A DNA stretch of 64,000 nucleotides, taken from Octopus vulgaris. Lineage: Eukaryota. Each line of letters begins with the position of its first letter. The stretch's first letter is position 1. The DNA lies in contig OX597815.1 of the NCBI GenBank assembly GCA_951406725.2, forward strand, positions 89,838,001-89,902,000. Direction: 5' to 3'. Position numbers and translations under genes: made by a program. The notes beneath the pieces are model-generated. The model saw only the letters and a list, made by a program, of their open reading frames with translations. It had not been told where the DNA came from and made no database searches. This document shows positions 16,480 through 31,175 of the stretch, piece by piece.

Positions 16480-19400
16480 CAAACACATTTATGCAAATTT
16501 ATCTTTCCAGAATGGTGCAATCGGACATATGCTATTGACTGGAGATAGAATCCGGTATAAGAACTCTTAGGAGCGGTTAACAAATCTACTGGTCCTCCCA
16601 CAGGGGACTCAAGTTATTCCCGCATAACAATAGCACTGAAAGAATATGTTTATCTTCTTATTTGACCAACATTTAGGCATTTGAATTTTTGTATTTACAC
16701 ATGTGTTGAAACCGGGAAACCGGCCCTTATGAGCCGGGCATGGCTCGAGAAGGAACAAAACAAAACAAAAAACACATATGTGTATCTGTCGTCAGTTTTG
16801 GCATCACTATTGTCCATATTACCACCATCATCCTTATCAATAAAAGACGAAATCAAAATTGCAGTGCTATCAGTTCAAATATGCTTGATGCACGTTCGAT
16901 CTGGGGAACAAGCTACTCACTTCGTTTTATCATAGAAAATATGTCGCCTGTTGACATATGAGATCTATACACCTAGATCAGCTCACAGCGCCATCTACCT
17001 AGAGTAGTTATCTCCTCATTCGTGACAGACTCTAGGCAGACGACAATTGTAATCATAATGCCAAACGCAGTATGAAGATCAATATCATCAAAATCATATC
17101 CATCGGCATTGTCTCTCAGTTGTCCTCCAAATATCTCATCATCCTCATTATTATCATAACCATCACCAACTTCATCGTCGTTGTTTTCTTCAACGTTATC
17201 ATGGTTGTGAGCGGCAGTAGCACTACTATGATCCCACCGTAACCATTACTAATATTGGTTCTGCGTTGAAAATGTGCGAATATTCAAGTGATAAATCAAC
17301 ATCAGGGTAATTAATTTTACTATGGTTACGAATTTGTTTTAATAAGTGTCTAAAATTCCACATTTTGGTCTGAATATTTGTAAACATATGACAAATGATA
17401 AATATTCTTATATCTCTAAATGACGTATTGCTGTTTATGGCTGTTGATATAAAGGAAATGGAATTACATTTCGGATATTATTTAAACATGAATTCATTTG
17501 AAATACATAATATTATATATGACGTACGACACTAAATGTCAACAATAATATAATTTAAAATATTTTGTTGTCATGGGTTATAATATTCATAGTGGTAGAG
17601 TTCCCTAGTAATATGCCAAAATAATATGTGTTTGTGTATATATATATACACACAAACACATACACGCACATATTGCTTTCGCGGATCAGTAATTTCAAGA
17701 CCAACCACCTTTTAACCACACTTCTCAATTCAAAATTCATCTTTCAAAAATAGTTACATAATTATTCAAAACACGTCTAATAAATGGATTGAAAATATCA
17801 AAGGATCAAAACCTATTCTTGTCTTTACTATGTATGCATATGTATGTTTGTATATGCATAGGTATGTATGATGATGTAGCACCTACAACAACAGAAGAAA
17901 GAATACTCATTTAGGAGCCTAGGCGATATGTCCTATTCGTGCAAAGAAGCCACAGATCCGGCACAAATTTTGGAGTGAAGCTCGCAGCCTCCGCATTTAT
18001 ATCCCATACAAATAAATGGAGATTCAAACACCTTAATGCTTCTGGTGCTGAATTCTTTGAAATCAGATCTGCATTTGGTACAATCCCAACCCCATGTCTT
18101 CTAGTTGATTCTATAAGATTTTAAGGTTGCTTCCAGTGTGTCTCTGAATCTTCTACGATGTACAGCAGAAGTGCACATTGTATTATCAGGATCAGAATAT
18201 AAGACTGCGTTTGGGATTCAGAGTCACGAATTTGGAAATGTCCAGAGGACTTGAACCTTTTCCTTCTCTCACCTTAAAACTCTGTTTGTCTGTGTTTATA
18301 CATATGTTACATATATGATGATTAACTTATCTAGTCAAATTATAGCCTCCTGACAGTCAGCTTGATTACTTTCATAATTTTATGTGCGAGGATATGACTT
18401 CTCATCAAGCAGCATCGGACAAAATGGATCAAGAAATGAAATGATAGTGATATATATGTACGTCTCTGGATTGAAGTGTCAAGGCCTAGTACATCAGCCA
18501 CCATAGCAGGATCCAGTGTGAAGCATTGCATGTTGGCTTGTACTATTTTGATTGCAAGTTTTATGTCAGACTATCTTTTCCATAGAAGAGCTGCCTCCCC
18601 CTCAGCTTTGTCTAAATTAAAGTGAGCCTCCTTCACCACTGGAACATTCATAGAGTAAATAAAAATTCCAAGGGTACAGGAGACTCCGGAACAATTTATT
18701 ACATATTCTACTCACACACCGAGGCACATGCACATATATAACCATACACACATACAGTTATATGTATGAGAGTGCACATTATTTACGATATATTTCAACA
18801 GAGGATATGGGCAGGAGCGATATATCTGAAAGCCGGTGCTGTTTGGAAGAGTCCGTTGGAAAGGAAGTTCTATACTGGATTACACAAGAAACTCTTTTGT
18901 CGTTCACACATACTTAATTTCTGGTAAAGAATTTATCCCCTTTATGCCTACCATAAAATGTGCCATATAAAATAAACACTACTAAAGCAATATCAGCTTT
19001 GCTAATGTGCTTCTTTATTTCTACGGGTTGACTAGCCTACAGTTTTGCAATTGAATGTATAACTGAATGATTTTCTTCGTACAACATCTAGTCAGATTTT
19101 AGATTGTTCACATGAATAGGTTAAACGTAAAGCTATATAATGTTTAGTACATAAATCGCGATAGGAAAAAATACTTCTTTAGTTTGTTTTTTTCACTAGC
19201 AACTTTACTACTGAAACTACTCCTTTTAAAGAACTTAATCTCAGAATGATTTCTCATTATTAATACATTAAGATTATCTAGTGTCATAAGGAAATATATA
19301 GCATTTCTTGTTTCGTACTTGATTAACATCTTTGCCCAAATGACTATTCATGTGAAAAATTTCAAATTGACTGCAGAATTCTAGACATGGTTGAAGGAAT

Positions 19401-19790
19401 ATCAACATTTCTGCATTTCTACACACATTAAGTACTATTATACATTTATAAGTCTTGTGATATACATAGCATTAGCTTTGTTCTCACGAAAATATTGACC
19501 GGGCAACAAATCATACGGAATCAATAAAACCACTATTAACATTTCTTTCATACTGAAGATTACACACATACGTAAATACTTCAGCTTAATGGAGAGTAAA
19601 TATCGCAACGCCAAGGTTTTCATAGGGCAGGAGGATTTCAATTCTTGGTCATGTACCATCGTGCAAATATATTTCTATTTTTAGGATGGATGAATGTTAA
19701 TCGATTCCCCAATTAAAATTCTAGAATTATCCCCTAAAGTTATCTTTGCACGAACACAGAATTAAAATTGTCTTTACGATTTATTTACAT
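16480..19790 (-). pseudogene. Decayed Toll-like receptor with LRRNT, LRRs, TM-like and TIR-like parts; RTE inserted at 17880-18710
   Basis: ILILCSCKD (~19760); LLSIKLKYLRM and LMTLDNLNVLIMRNHSEIKFF (ORFs 19438-19659, 19144-19329); TAFGIMITIVVCL..TLGRWR (17070-16990, TM plus RWR); LVPQIE..FRL (~16910-16840); AIVMRE*LE..DLL and PFWKD (~16510, TIR box3-like). Confidence 0.5.
17880..18710 (-). mobile_element. RTE-clade LINE 3' fragment
   Basis: Minus IPNAVLYSD..HRRRFRDTLEATLKSY..KTWG..CRICGFFARIGHIA, matching RTE 'RIPKxVLYxEL..RFKDxLKxxLK..W' plus the terminal zinc knuckle. Confidence 0.7.
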
Positions 19791-19888
19791 CATGCATGAT
19801 ATATAGATGGTTACTTTAATATAATATACTTCCTATTGCATATAATTGTATATTCATACATACATAGAGACAGACAGACAGACAGACA

Positions 19889-19936
<48 letters not shown>

Positions 19937-20299
19937 ACTCACATACACATTATGCGAGTTTAGAATGATATATTATCGGGGCAGATATTGTAGTGGCTCT
20001 CAGTTATGGCCAGCTGCATCCATTAGTATTTAACGTGTATGGGTACTATGAATTGTCACTCACGCTGTAAATTCCTCTGATGGGTAATTCCGTGTTCTTT
20101 TTGAAGATGTACCAATCTCCATATCCTATATCGTTATACTTATTGCTTATATATGTGTGTGTCTGTCAGTGTAAATGTGCATAGAATGATAAAGTTACAA
20201 CATGGTCTGGTTTTCACACTTTTTATTATTGTATTAAAAAAAAGTTTTTTACAATGTTGAAGTATGTTAAACATAAAAATATCTTGTGATGTTCATAAC

Positions 20300-21500
20300 T
20301 TTCAGACGTTCGTAGTTACCATCCGATTTGAAAATCTAGATTTACTGTAACCATCATACTAGACGCGGTCAGCATCATCCTCTAAAACAATACATTCCTT
20401 TTCAACGGAAAAAAAAACTACCTCCAAATATGGGGACGCGATTTACTCCAGTTTTAACGAACTCAATATTGGGACACTTGGAACAAAATCTATGTCAAAA
20501 AGTTGAAGAAAACTACGGCATGACCTTTAGAAGACATATAGAGGATAGATGGACCAATTTCCTAGAAAATCTGAAACAATTCAGCACCCTCCTCAACAGT
20601 CTGTACCCTAGTCTCAAATTCCCAACAGAAATGAGCAACACAAATTTACCATTTCTTGGCATAATGGTAAGTAAGAATCAGCACCACAATCACAATTGAT
20701 ATTTATTAAAAAAACAGAGATACACACCAGTGCCTAAATTTCAAAACATATACAAAACGCAATATCCTGTACTGTCAAGCCATAAAGAAAACAAGAAACA
20801 TACGACTTATTGATTTCAACGGATTCCTATTCGAACAAAAATACCCTCTCCTACTCATAGAAAATAGCATACAACAAGCAAAAGAGATACCTACAGATCG
20901 ACTTAGGGCAACACGAGAACGACGTACTCATCTAACGGAAGACCATTTCTAGTAACACAAAATCCGCATCACCAAAACATTTTTAACATCATCAAAACAA
21001 ATTTGCCAATCATGAAACAAAGGGAAAAATAGAAAAAACATAATAACTAAACAAACACTTATCTTGAGCAAAAGGTAACCACATATCTTAAAGAAACTAT
21101 TAACAAAGGCAAAATTCAACATGAACAAACAGGGTAAAACATTCACAGTCTCCAAGTGTAATACATGCATACTGGTAGATCCATTAGAACAAAAGATTAA
21201 CAATTTTCACAAATGCAGATATGAACTGCAAAAGCAGACATTTGATCTACTGCATTAAATGCCCTAATTGCGAGGAACTATATAATGGCGAGACAGGGAA
21301 TGCATTAACGGGACCCTAATGTTCCCCAAATTCCATTGAGCGAACATATTGAAACATGTAGTCAGTAAATGTTTCTAATTTTTCGTTTTAACAAACTAAA
21401 TAAAACGAGTGAGGCTGGAAAAAAGATAAAAGGAAAACGTTTTATTAAAATGTTTAAACCTGATCTGAACGGAAATAACAACAATAATATAACAACCAGT
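20300..21500 (+). mobile_element. Penelope-like element (RT plus GIY-YIG), degenerate
   Basis: NNTFLFNGKKNYLQ, MGTRFTPVLTNSILGHLEQ, LPFLGIMV, MNCKSRHLIYCIKCPNCEELYNGETG and FIKMFKPDLN. Confidence 0.8.
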
Positions 21501-22072
21501 TAATGATGTGGAATAAAATATCTTTAACATATGAATATAAACAAATTACAGAAGATTCCCACCAATTGAAATCAAAACAATCGAAACCAACTAAATTTGC
21601 TCCCTCATGAAACCATTACATGTAAAACGCAAGCTAATTGATTCAGATAAAGGCGGAATCTATACCAGTAATATCGTTGTGTCCGGCAAACATGACGTTT
21701 AAGCTGCATGCTCATTGGTCAAAATCGTATTCGAAAAATTCAGCTTGTCGGAGCTTTCTAGAAGGTAGGGAAAAGAAGAAGTTGGTCATGTTACTACAGT
21801 TGTGAGGCGCTAATTGAATTTTATGAACATTACAAAATATTTTTTTAATGTTTAAAATAATTCAACATTGTAAAGAATGTTTAAAGAAAATAATTAAAAA
21901 AACATGAAAATCAAACCATGGTGTAATTTTATTCAACTGATATATATACATACGCACACACACACATATTAATAACACACTAAAGAAAGATATATCTATA
22001 TATATATATATATATATACATCTTTCTCTCTCTACATACATACATGCATCAATACATACGTACATACATACA

Positions 22073-22108
<36 letters not shown>

Positions 22109-22109
<1 letters not shown>

Positions 22110-22516
22110 TCTTTTCTCTTTACTCTTTTACTTGTTTCAGTCATTTGACTGCGGCCATGCTGGAGCACCGCCTTTTTAGTCGAGCAAATCGACCCCGGGA
22201 CTTATTCTTTGTAAGCCCAGTACTTATTCTATCGGTCTCTTTTGCCGAACCGCTGAGTGACGGGGACGTAAACACACCAGCATCGGTTGTCAAGCAATGC
22301 TACGGGGACAAACACACACACACACACATACACATATATACATATATATACATATATACGACAGGCTTCTTTCAGTTTCCGTCTACCAAATCCACTCACA
22401 AGGCATTGGTCGGCCCGGGGCTATAGCAGAAGACACTTGCCCAAGATGCCACGCAGTGGGACTGAACCCGGAACCATGTGGTTGGTTAGCAAGCTACTTA
22501 CCACACAGCCACTCCT
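22109..22516 (-). mobile_element. tRNA-derived SINE family A, well preserved
   Basis: Minus head GGAGTGGCTGTGTGGTAAG..GGTTCAGTCCC; central CA/TA tract; tail GGCGGTGCTCCAGCATGGCCG-CAGTC-AAAT-GACTG-AAAC-(AAAAGAGT)n-like. Confidence 0.9.
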
Positions 22517-22575
22517 ATACAGAAAGAAAGAGAGAGAGAGAGAGAGAGAGAGTAAGAGAATGAGAAAGAGAGTTT

Positions 22576-22613
<38 letters not shown>

Positions 22614-23854
22614 CAGACAGATACATAGATAGTTAATGTTCTGCTTGTCGAAATACATGGTCACATTATTTGTTGTTAACTTTACTTATGAAATGAAATC
22701 AATTGATTTTTAAATAACCAGATTTACTTTTTAGACTCTCTGCAGTCCTTCACTATAAACTAAATCTTCAGAATACAGAAGCGTGTTTCAATGTTACAGT
22801 CTAACATCAGTTTATGGAAGAGAATGGATGGCATAATCGAGATCTTTAACATGATGAAACACGTACGAGTCTTTCAAAAATAATATAATTATAAATCAAA
22901 ATGGATATAGAACATAAACAACAAAATGTAGTTCCTGTAGTGTAGCTTATTTCATTGTTTTCAACAATTGAACAGTTTGTCCTATATTTACACATTGTGT
23001 AACTCTCGTTTGTTATTTTTCTGAAGAAATATAAAAGAAATTTTTCAAATGTGGAAAAGAAAGGTAAGTAATGTTGATTTTAGAATTAAATATAATGTGT
23101 GGAATACAATGAAATGATACATATTTATCGTTTGTTTCAATGCAAATGCCTAAATACATGTGTGGAAATTTTATTTGATTTTCATTACCAGTCAAAAGGA
23201 TTAACGTTTAGACAGAGTATTAATCTTATATTTATCGTCATTATTATCAACATCCTCATCACCTCCACCTCCCCCCTATCATCATCATGGTCATCACCAT
23301 CATCACCAACACTATCACTATCAACACCTCCACTATCACCATCATCTTAACTGTGCTTTAAGTTGCACCTAATATCATATATATGTCACTTAAATATAAA
23401 TGCTTTCTCCATGCCCGATGAACAAAACTCTGATCTTTCAAACATTGCGTGCTTTAGCACAATGACCACGTTATTTCATAATTATTTAGTCCATTTAATT
23501 ATACTCAATATTTCGTGGTTATTTGTTTACCAATTGCGACAAATATTGATTAAAGAAATTGGAAAATGACAGTGGAGCAATTTAGAAACTGGTTAGAAAT
23601 TATATTAACCTTTGCCAGATCAATTATTAGAATCAGTTGAACTAATTAGAATTGAAACAATGTCTCACTGAGAAAGACTGGCAAAGAAGCAGATAAAAGT
23701 GAAAATTTTGTATTTGCCAATACTTCTAGCAATAATAGTTATTTTAATCTGAAAATGCAAAAAGAAGTAGAACATTGTACTGTTGCGGTACATTCTGAAT
23801 TATCAGAAACCAATTCTCCCGTATCTTTCATCAATATTGACTGACGATAGTAAA

Positions 23855-24036
<182 letters not shown>

Positions 24037-24037
24037 A

Positions 24038-24158
24038 CCTGATGCAGTACCAGGCATGTGCTTAATGGACCCTTATCAGGTGGGTAGTAATGATGGGTAT
24101 ACTGGGCTTCTGTATTTTACCCCATCGTCACTTTGAGAGCATGCACTGCTCTCTCACA
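24038..24158 (+). mobile_element. Internally deleted copy of the 10971-11478 element, within (TAA)n
   Basis: CCTGATGCAGTACCAG joined to CTTATCAG..GGTAGT..GGGTATACT..TTTTACCCC..GCATGCACTGCTCTCTCA. Confidence 0.7.
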
Positions 24159-24161
24159 TAA

Positions 24162-24192
<31 letters not shown>

Positions 24193-24200
24193 AATAATAA

Positions 24201-26160
24201 TCTTTCTGCCTAATAATAATCGCTCTGCATTGTTGTGACTTCACTGAGAAATTTGTGAAATGTAACCTATGTGGCTTATCGATGCTGGGGACAAACAATA
24301 AACCATCACCCATACATGTATGATTTAAACATTTTCACTAAAAATAACACGAAACGGAGAACCCTTCTAAATATCGTCCATAGTTTCAGCAAAGACATCG
24401 GGATGCACATTGGGCTAGACAAATATGACAAAGTGACACTGAGAAAAGGCAAATTAATCAATACTGAAAACGCAGCACTCAACATAGACACAAATATAAT
24501 AGAATTAGACCACAATCCTACATACAAATATCTTAGTATAGACGAAACAGTAAAAATACAATAGAATAATGAAAGAAAAAAATAGAAGAGAATACTACAT
24601 AAGAGTTAGACTACTATTAAACACTGAGGTCAATGCTGGATAATGGGATGTATAGACGCTAGCCATCCCAGTCATAAATTACAGCTTCAACATAATAAAC
24701 TGGAAAAATCAGAGAATTGAGAAACTTGGATAAGAAAACGGGAAAGCTATTATCATCATACCGACGTCACCATCCCAAAGGAAACACGGGCAAACTATAT
24801 CTACCCCGCTCAGAAGGAGGTCACAACTAGACACAGATAGACAACTAATATAAAGTGACTACAGTTGAACTAGAAAAGTTATTAGAAGCAAAAATTGGAA
24901 AACTATGTGTAATAAAGCTACACAAGGAAAAGAAAATGCTTTTCCCTATACACAAGGACGCGTCAAAATACAAAACACAAATAAACTATACGGATAGACA
25001 GATCTCAGATGACAACTGGGTAGAAATGGTCAACGAAACAAATATTCAGCATGAAAACAGAACTACAAAACATACTAAAAAAGAAATGGAGAGAAAAATC
25101 TTTCCATGGCTAACACACCGCAAGTCTTGACAGAGAAGAAGCGAAGTTAAGTAAAAGCCAACAGTGGCTGAAGAGCTCTGGACTAAAAGCTGAAACGGAA
25201 GGAGTAATTCTCGCTGCACAAGACCAATGTCTAACCATAAGGGCATATTAATTAAAGCAAGCCCAAACACCAAATGCATAATGTGCAACACACACAATGA
25301 GGCAATTGACTACATCATCTCTGGCTGTCCAGTCTTTGCCAAATCTGATTGGATTGTATATACAGGTATGACCAAATAAGTAGTTATATCCATTGGATAA
25401 TGACAACACTACAGCATAAAAAAAGAACCGATAAAAAATGTACATAAATATGTGCCAAACAAGATACATGACAACGAGTAGGCCACAATCATCTGGAATA
25501 TACTATTTCAAACTGACAATGAAATAAAATATAACCACCCGAACATAATACTCAAGGATTGGAAAAAAGAACAACAAGTTACCGAAAGACATTGCAGTCC
25601 CTTCTGATCGAAATATGGCTCAAAAAGAAGTGGAGAAATTGTTAAAGTACAAACCCCTTGAAATTGAAGTATTCCAGATGTGGGGCACGAAGGTGAAAAC
25701 AATACCAGTTATAATTGACATACTGGGCATGATAAAAATATATGAACAAAGACGTAGAAGCGATACTTGGACCTTGAATACTACACACTCTCTAAAAGAT
25801 AGCCCTGCTAGGAACAGACAACATTCTACGCAAGACACTGTCAGTTCAATAATACAACCCAAAGAAAACGACCCACAAATACAAGACACCCTACATTGCA
25901 AATATCCAATGACATAAACAACCAACAACAGACGGGATACCCCACAGAACACAACTTGCATTAGACACAACACAATACAAACACTAATACCACAAAAGAC
26001 TGCAACCGTACCCCCATAAGAAAACAAACTGACGCGATACTATGCCTAGAGGAGCTTGCACTCTCCCAACAACAAAAAAGAACGCACAATACGGCACACA
26101 CCTTAGTAACACGGTGGTGTAGCATGTGACACAGTAGGAATTTGCCTGAAACAACCAAAT
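24201..26160 (+). mobile_element. R4/Dong-clade retrotransposon, 5'-truncated, degenerate
   Basis: INHHPYMYDLNIF, FSKDIGMHIGLDK, TYKYLSI, LKAETEG..AAQDQ, KEVEKLLKYKPLEIEVFQMWGTKVKTIPVII; flanked by (TAA)n and (GAT)n. Confidence 0.82.
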
Positions 26161-26169
26161 GTTGAATGA

Positions 26170-26178
26170 TCATGATGG

Positions 26179-26265
<87 letters not shown>

Positions 26266-26296
26266 CGATGACGATGATGATGATGATGATAATAAA

Positions 26297-26370
<74 letters not shown>
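26170..26370 (+). repeat. (GAT)n-(TAA)n compound microsatellite
   Basis: Directly visible. Confidence 0.95.
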
Positions 26371-26371
<1 letters not shown>

Positions 26372-26632
26372 CAAGTTTGCTTCGATTGACTCTTCTCCGG
26401 TCTCCATATTTATCAATCTTTTCTCTTTCTTTCATGATTATATGTTGATCTCCTGGCACTACCACGTCAGTTATTTAGCATTACTAAGCACCGTACACAT
26501 CCTACGTGAAACACTTTCAATACAGTAAAAATGACAGCATCACGACAAACTACAGTACTCACCGAAGACACAAAGAGCTGCGCTTGGTAGTGCAGTGAAA
26601 GCACTTGATCAAAATAAGACTACTGAATACTA
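26371..26632. mobile_element. Short Dong insertion with inverted 5' part
   Basis: 26371-26470 minus DVVVPGDQHIIMKEREKIDKYGD (REL); 26471-26528 plus ALLSTVHILRETLSIQ* (Dong ORF end) plus 3' UTR to TAA repeats. Confidence 0.65.
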
Positions 26633-26655
26633 ATGATAATAATATTAAGAAGAAC

Positions 26656-26690
<35 letters not shown>

Positions 26691-27789
26691 TAATAATGAT
26701 AATAAGGAAGAAGAAGAATATTTTTTGTACAAGTTCAAAGACTAAGGGGGTCTATATGAGATGTATAAACTTTATTTTGAATGAATTACGATAACCGTGT
26801 TCTTGCGGTCTTGGAAAAATATTACTTTTAGCAGCAAACTATAGAAGCATCGTTAGGAATATACAGTGTCGTTTTCGAATTTGCTTCGTTTTGGTCATTG
26901 AAAGAATAACTTTCTGTACATGCATTTAGATGTCAGTGCATACGAATCAATTACCTACATATTCTTCCTCGAGAAGTATTGCTGATTTCGTATTGATTGC
27001 CAGCCATAATCAGTAAGTACTAGTCTGGTTTCGGAAAACAATAAACAAATAAAAGAATATGCGACACAAAAGAATATAATTAAAGTGTTCGCCAATCAGA
27101 AGTTGCGAACAATGAGTTGTGCAAGCTTCCCAAACTTCTCAAAATTAACTTTCCTCCCATTGTTTGAGAAAGTTGATTGATACAAGCTCATTAAAGGTAT
27201 AAATCTCTTGATAAAAGAAGCTCTGTAAGTCACTGTTGTAAACCTCATCAATTTCTGTTATTCTCTTTCCATTCAATACGGTATATACTAATTTCGCAAT
27301 CTTTGCAAAACAGGAGATCCATGGTTTTCTGGCGTATTCACAAGTGCATAAAATGTGTTTAGATAACAAATGTTAGCTATCGGCAAAATAGAATATCGTC
27401 ATAGACTGGATCTTCCAGTGCTTTTATCTTTGCTTTTGTCTGCAATAGTTTAACGGGAGAAACGTCAATCAAAGCAAACTTGTTATTTTCAGTAAAAGAA
27501 AAGTAGAAATAATGAAATCCTCTTACATGCATGCATCAAATACTCTCATTTCTTTGAGCAGACATGTAGAAATATTATTAAATCTATTTTTGGCAGATTA
27601 TTAAACAGTGTGTGTCTCTGTGACTGTGTATAGATGATTGAATGGATATATATATATATATATATATATGTACTCGCAAATGTAAACAAATACATATACA
27701 CCAACATTCACATACAAAGATATGGATGCACAAAAGGAACACACACATGCACACATGCACGCTCATATTTATAGATACATACATAAATG

Positions 27790-28288
27790 AATATCATATT
27801 TTACATTCGAGGTTGTGTATATCTGAAGCTTGTCCTTGGGTACAGCACTGAGATATAATTTTATGCGATAGAACTTTCACTGAAGAAGCCTGATGGAATG
27901 TTCAGCTTCAGAATGGAACAAGCACTATCATGTTCCTTAAGAACGGGACAGAGAAATTTAAATGTATAGAGAGTTGAAGGATGAGTTCAAAATATAGTTT
28001 TCGGTAAAGGCAGGAGGGATATAAGGAACAAGAAGATTAGTGAATTGTGCGGTCACCGAATATAATGGATGAGGTGAGCTCTATGTTCTTGATATCGGAA
28101 GATGAATTTAAAGAGAAGCTGTTGGTGTAGAAGTTGTTAGGCGGAAGTAGGGAGAGCGCTTGATCCAGTGTAATTGAAATCCATGTTGCTGATGTCCAGA
28201 TCAGTAAGTAAGCAAAGTAGAATCAAATTATGCCTAATCTCGTGGTCTAAGAGCACACACTAACCCGGAAAGCAGAGACTGATAATGA

Positions 28289-28344
<56 letters not shown>

Positions 28345-28350
28345 ATAGAT

Positions 28351-28393
<43 letters not shown>

Positions 28394-30410
28394 TGCAGTA
28401 GACGATCGGGAAATCTGGTTTGTGTGTTGGTAGAATTTGATGTATAAGATCAAGATTGAAGTCCAAGGATATTAGAGATGCGGAAGCGCATTGCTCATCA
28501 AGCGTATTGTTTTCTCTATGAATGAAGGGAATTATAGAATGTGTACTTGAATATAACCTATTTATAACTAGATTAACTTTAGGAGGAAAGGACATTTATT
28601 AATTCCAAATACATCTAAACAAATGGATGAAAACAATAGTTGTTTTGGCTTGTAACTTATGGAACCAACTCTTCAGAATTTCTTATATGGCTGGATCGCA
28701 AATAAATCTTTGAATTATTATCTCGATCGTAAAAGTTTTCATATAGAAATAAATTGGTATTTTTGAGAATATAGCAAAAATTAGAGTTAAGGATATTTAT
28801 TCACATTATTCCAATGGTATTCAGCAGAAGTGAAAATTGCTTGTGATAAGGTAGTATTAACTACATTGAGTTAATTTCATGTGGTACTACATTTTATGAA
28901 CCATGGTTGTAAAGAATTGAATACAATGATTTTCGACCATGAATTACAGTTACCTTTTCCATAAAACAGCCGAAACATTATTGTGCAATGTTTTTCATTT
29001 CCTTGCAGATGTAACCTTCACACGTCTTATCATCACAAGAGACCGAGCGATGTTGTTTGGTAGTAAACTGACAGCAGATTACACTCTTAGTTTAGCTCTT
29101 TCTTTTCGTCTATTATATGCACCAACTATTTCCAATCATTTGTCATTGTGTATAAAGTGATAAACAACTGAAACGGTACGCAAGACGTTCATTTACAAGG
29201 AAATATTAAATTGTGAGCATTGGGTTATGGATCACCTGCTTTATATCTCCCAAAACGCTATATTGCTTCTAATAAAATATTTGGTCTACGCATATTTTCA
29301 TTATTAGACTCATATAAATATTAATACAGTCAACGTATGATGTAGAAATATTATGCCAATGCATTACATACAATACATAATATACAATATATATGGTAGA
29401 GGGTATAATGTAATTCTCAAACGTTGCAGTATTTTAAATAAAATGTTTTCACTTGTGATACCTATATCACTTATCTTAAACAAAGGGTTAGACTTGAACA
29501 GATGCTACAGACTATATTCATGATATATTAATAATTGTTTGGCATTTTCAAGAAGAGATATTTTTGATCTTAAACAGCAGAAAGTGTCAATACATTTTAA
29601 ACATTTTTCATTTTAAACATTTATGTTTCTTCAAACGAAAGAACTAAAATGTTAAACCGAAAAATTATATGAGTTCTCTGATCGGTTCTGTTAAGCTCTC
29701 TAACCATTATGCATGAAATCTATTACTGGTGTTATTCGCACCCAATCATCTTCAGATATTAAAGAAGTATTACTCTGTAAAACTTTGTTTACAATAGAAT
29801 TCTGAATGCTATGCATTTCTCGAAACTATATTTTATATATAAGTAAACTGTTAATAGATATATTTAATCACTACTTCACGTCCTCTCGTATGCCACGGGA
29901 AGAAAACCGAAATAAAAATAGAAAAAAGACAAATGCTTTTAATTGCAGCAAAAGCAGCCATAACTCAACATACTTGATGTCAATAAATATACAGTAGCAA
30001 TTTCTCTGAAAGACTTTAAAAAAATTATTAACGATTAAATGAAATAGAGATTGGTTGTTGCACAAAGTCTTTTACTTGAAGCTACCATTTTACTCATACA
30101 TAACGTTCTTCTTTTAATTTTTCTATATATCTACAGTTTAGTATAGTATTTACTGAAGACAGAATTTAGTACTGCAAGGGGAATATATTGATTTATACCA
30201 GTCATCAATTTACATTAATGTTGACTTTCCATTTAAACGTGTATTAGAGCAAATAACTCTACATCACTCTAACATTAGCTTAAAGAAAAAAATTTTTTCC
30301 AACAATTCACAGACTTAACAATTTATATTACGATACAAATTGAAGGTTTAAAGATTTAGATTTTTGACGGAACAAAATACTTTCAGTAGTGTTCTAACAA
30401 TATAGATTAA
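27790..30410 (-). pseudogene. Decayed LRR (TLR-like) ectodomain fragments
   Basis: VFCSVKNLNL*TFNLYRNI (~30380-30325); TLCNNQSLFHL; VK**LNISINSLL (~29870); SLISLDFNLDLIHQI (ORF 28260-28595); LLTDLDISNMDF (~28200); IA*NYISVLYPRT (~27860). Confidence 0.5.
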
Positions 30411-30502
30411 AAGTATACACGATCATATGTAGGCGCCTACACAAGCCTATATACCAGTGTATGTATGTATGTATATCCATATGTGTACACAAACACACAC
30501 AC

Positions 30503-30541
<39 letters not shown>

Positions 30542-30559
30542 GGTGTGTGTGTATGAATA

Positions 30560-30736
30560 TATGTATGTCCTTACCTTCGAAACACGCATTGAGCCGAACC
30601 AGGGACAGCTGATGAAGGGGAATTTTCCTTGTATTGTTTGTCCTGTACTCTGTTTTTTCGTTGTTAAAAATAGTCCGTTTCCTTGTTTGATTTTGTTTTC
30701 GTTTCTCGTTCTACGTTTATTTGTGGTGTCCTGTAC

Positions 30737-30740
<4 letters not shown>
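30560..30740 (+). mobile_element. Penelope pLTR-like fragment with CTGATGAAGG ribozyme half-core
   Basis: CAGCTGATGAAGGGG..TTGTCCTGT..GTCCTGTACCC, homologous to 46560-46665 and, in reverse complement, to 47700-47880. Confidence 0.5.
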
Positions 30741-30787
<47 letters not shown>

Positions 30788-30864
30788 TGTATATATACAT
30801 GTAGATGTAAGTATGTACATATATGTATGTATATATGCATATATTTTATTTATTATATTGTGTG

Positions 30865-30900
<36 letters not shown>

Positions 30901-30901
<1 letters not shown>

Positions 30902-30976
30902 TTAGATACGTTTCGACCAATGATTGGTCCAGGCCATGTCTAACTTAATAGCACCACCTGATAGGATTATTTGAAT
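30901..30976 (-). mobile_element. CR1-type LINE extreme 3' tail
   Basis: Nearly identical to 45225-45297. Confidence 0.8.
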
Positions 30977-31175
30977 ATGTATTATATATATGTGTGTGTG
31001 TGTGTGTATGTGTTTATATATGTAGGTATGAATGTATGCGTATATGTATGTATGTCTATACGTATGCATGTATGCGCACATATGTATGTATGGGTATATA
31101 TATGTATGTATATATGTAAGCGTATATATATATACGTATGTGTGTGTGCGCGCGCGCCTAAATATATATGTAGGC

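Noticed and set aside
19480-19790. TIR-like reading (LIVVLLIPYDLLP)
   Set aside because: It lies upstream of LRR motifs and begins with an LCSC cap like the other paralog starts; the order is incompatible with a C-terminal TIR.
22440-22516. tRNA genes at SINE heads
   Set aside because: A/B boxes are present but there is no full cloverleaf, and they continue into SINE bodies.
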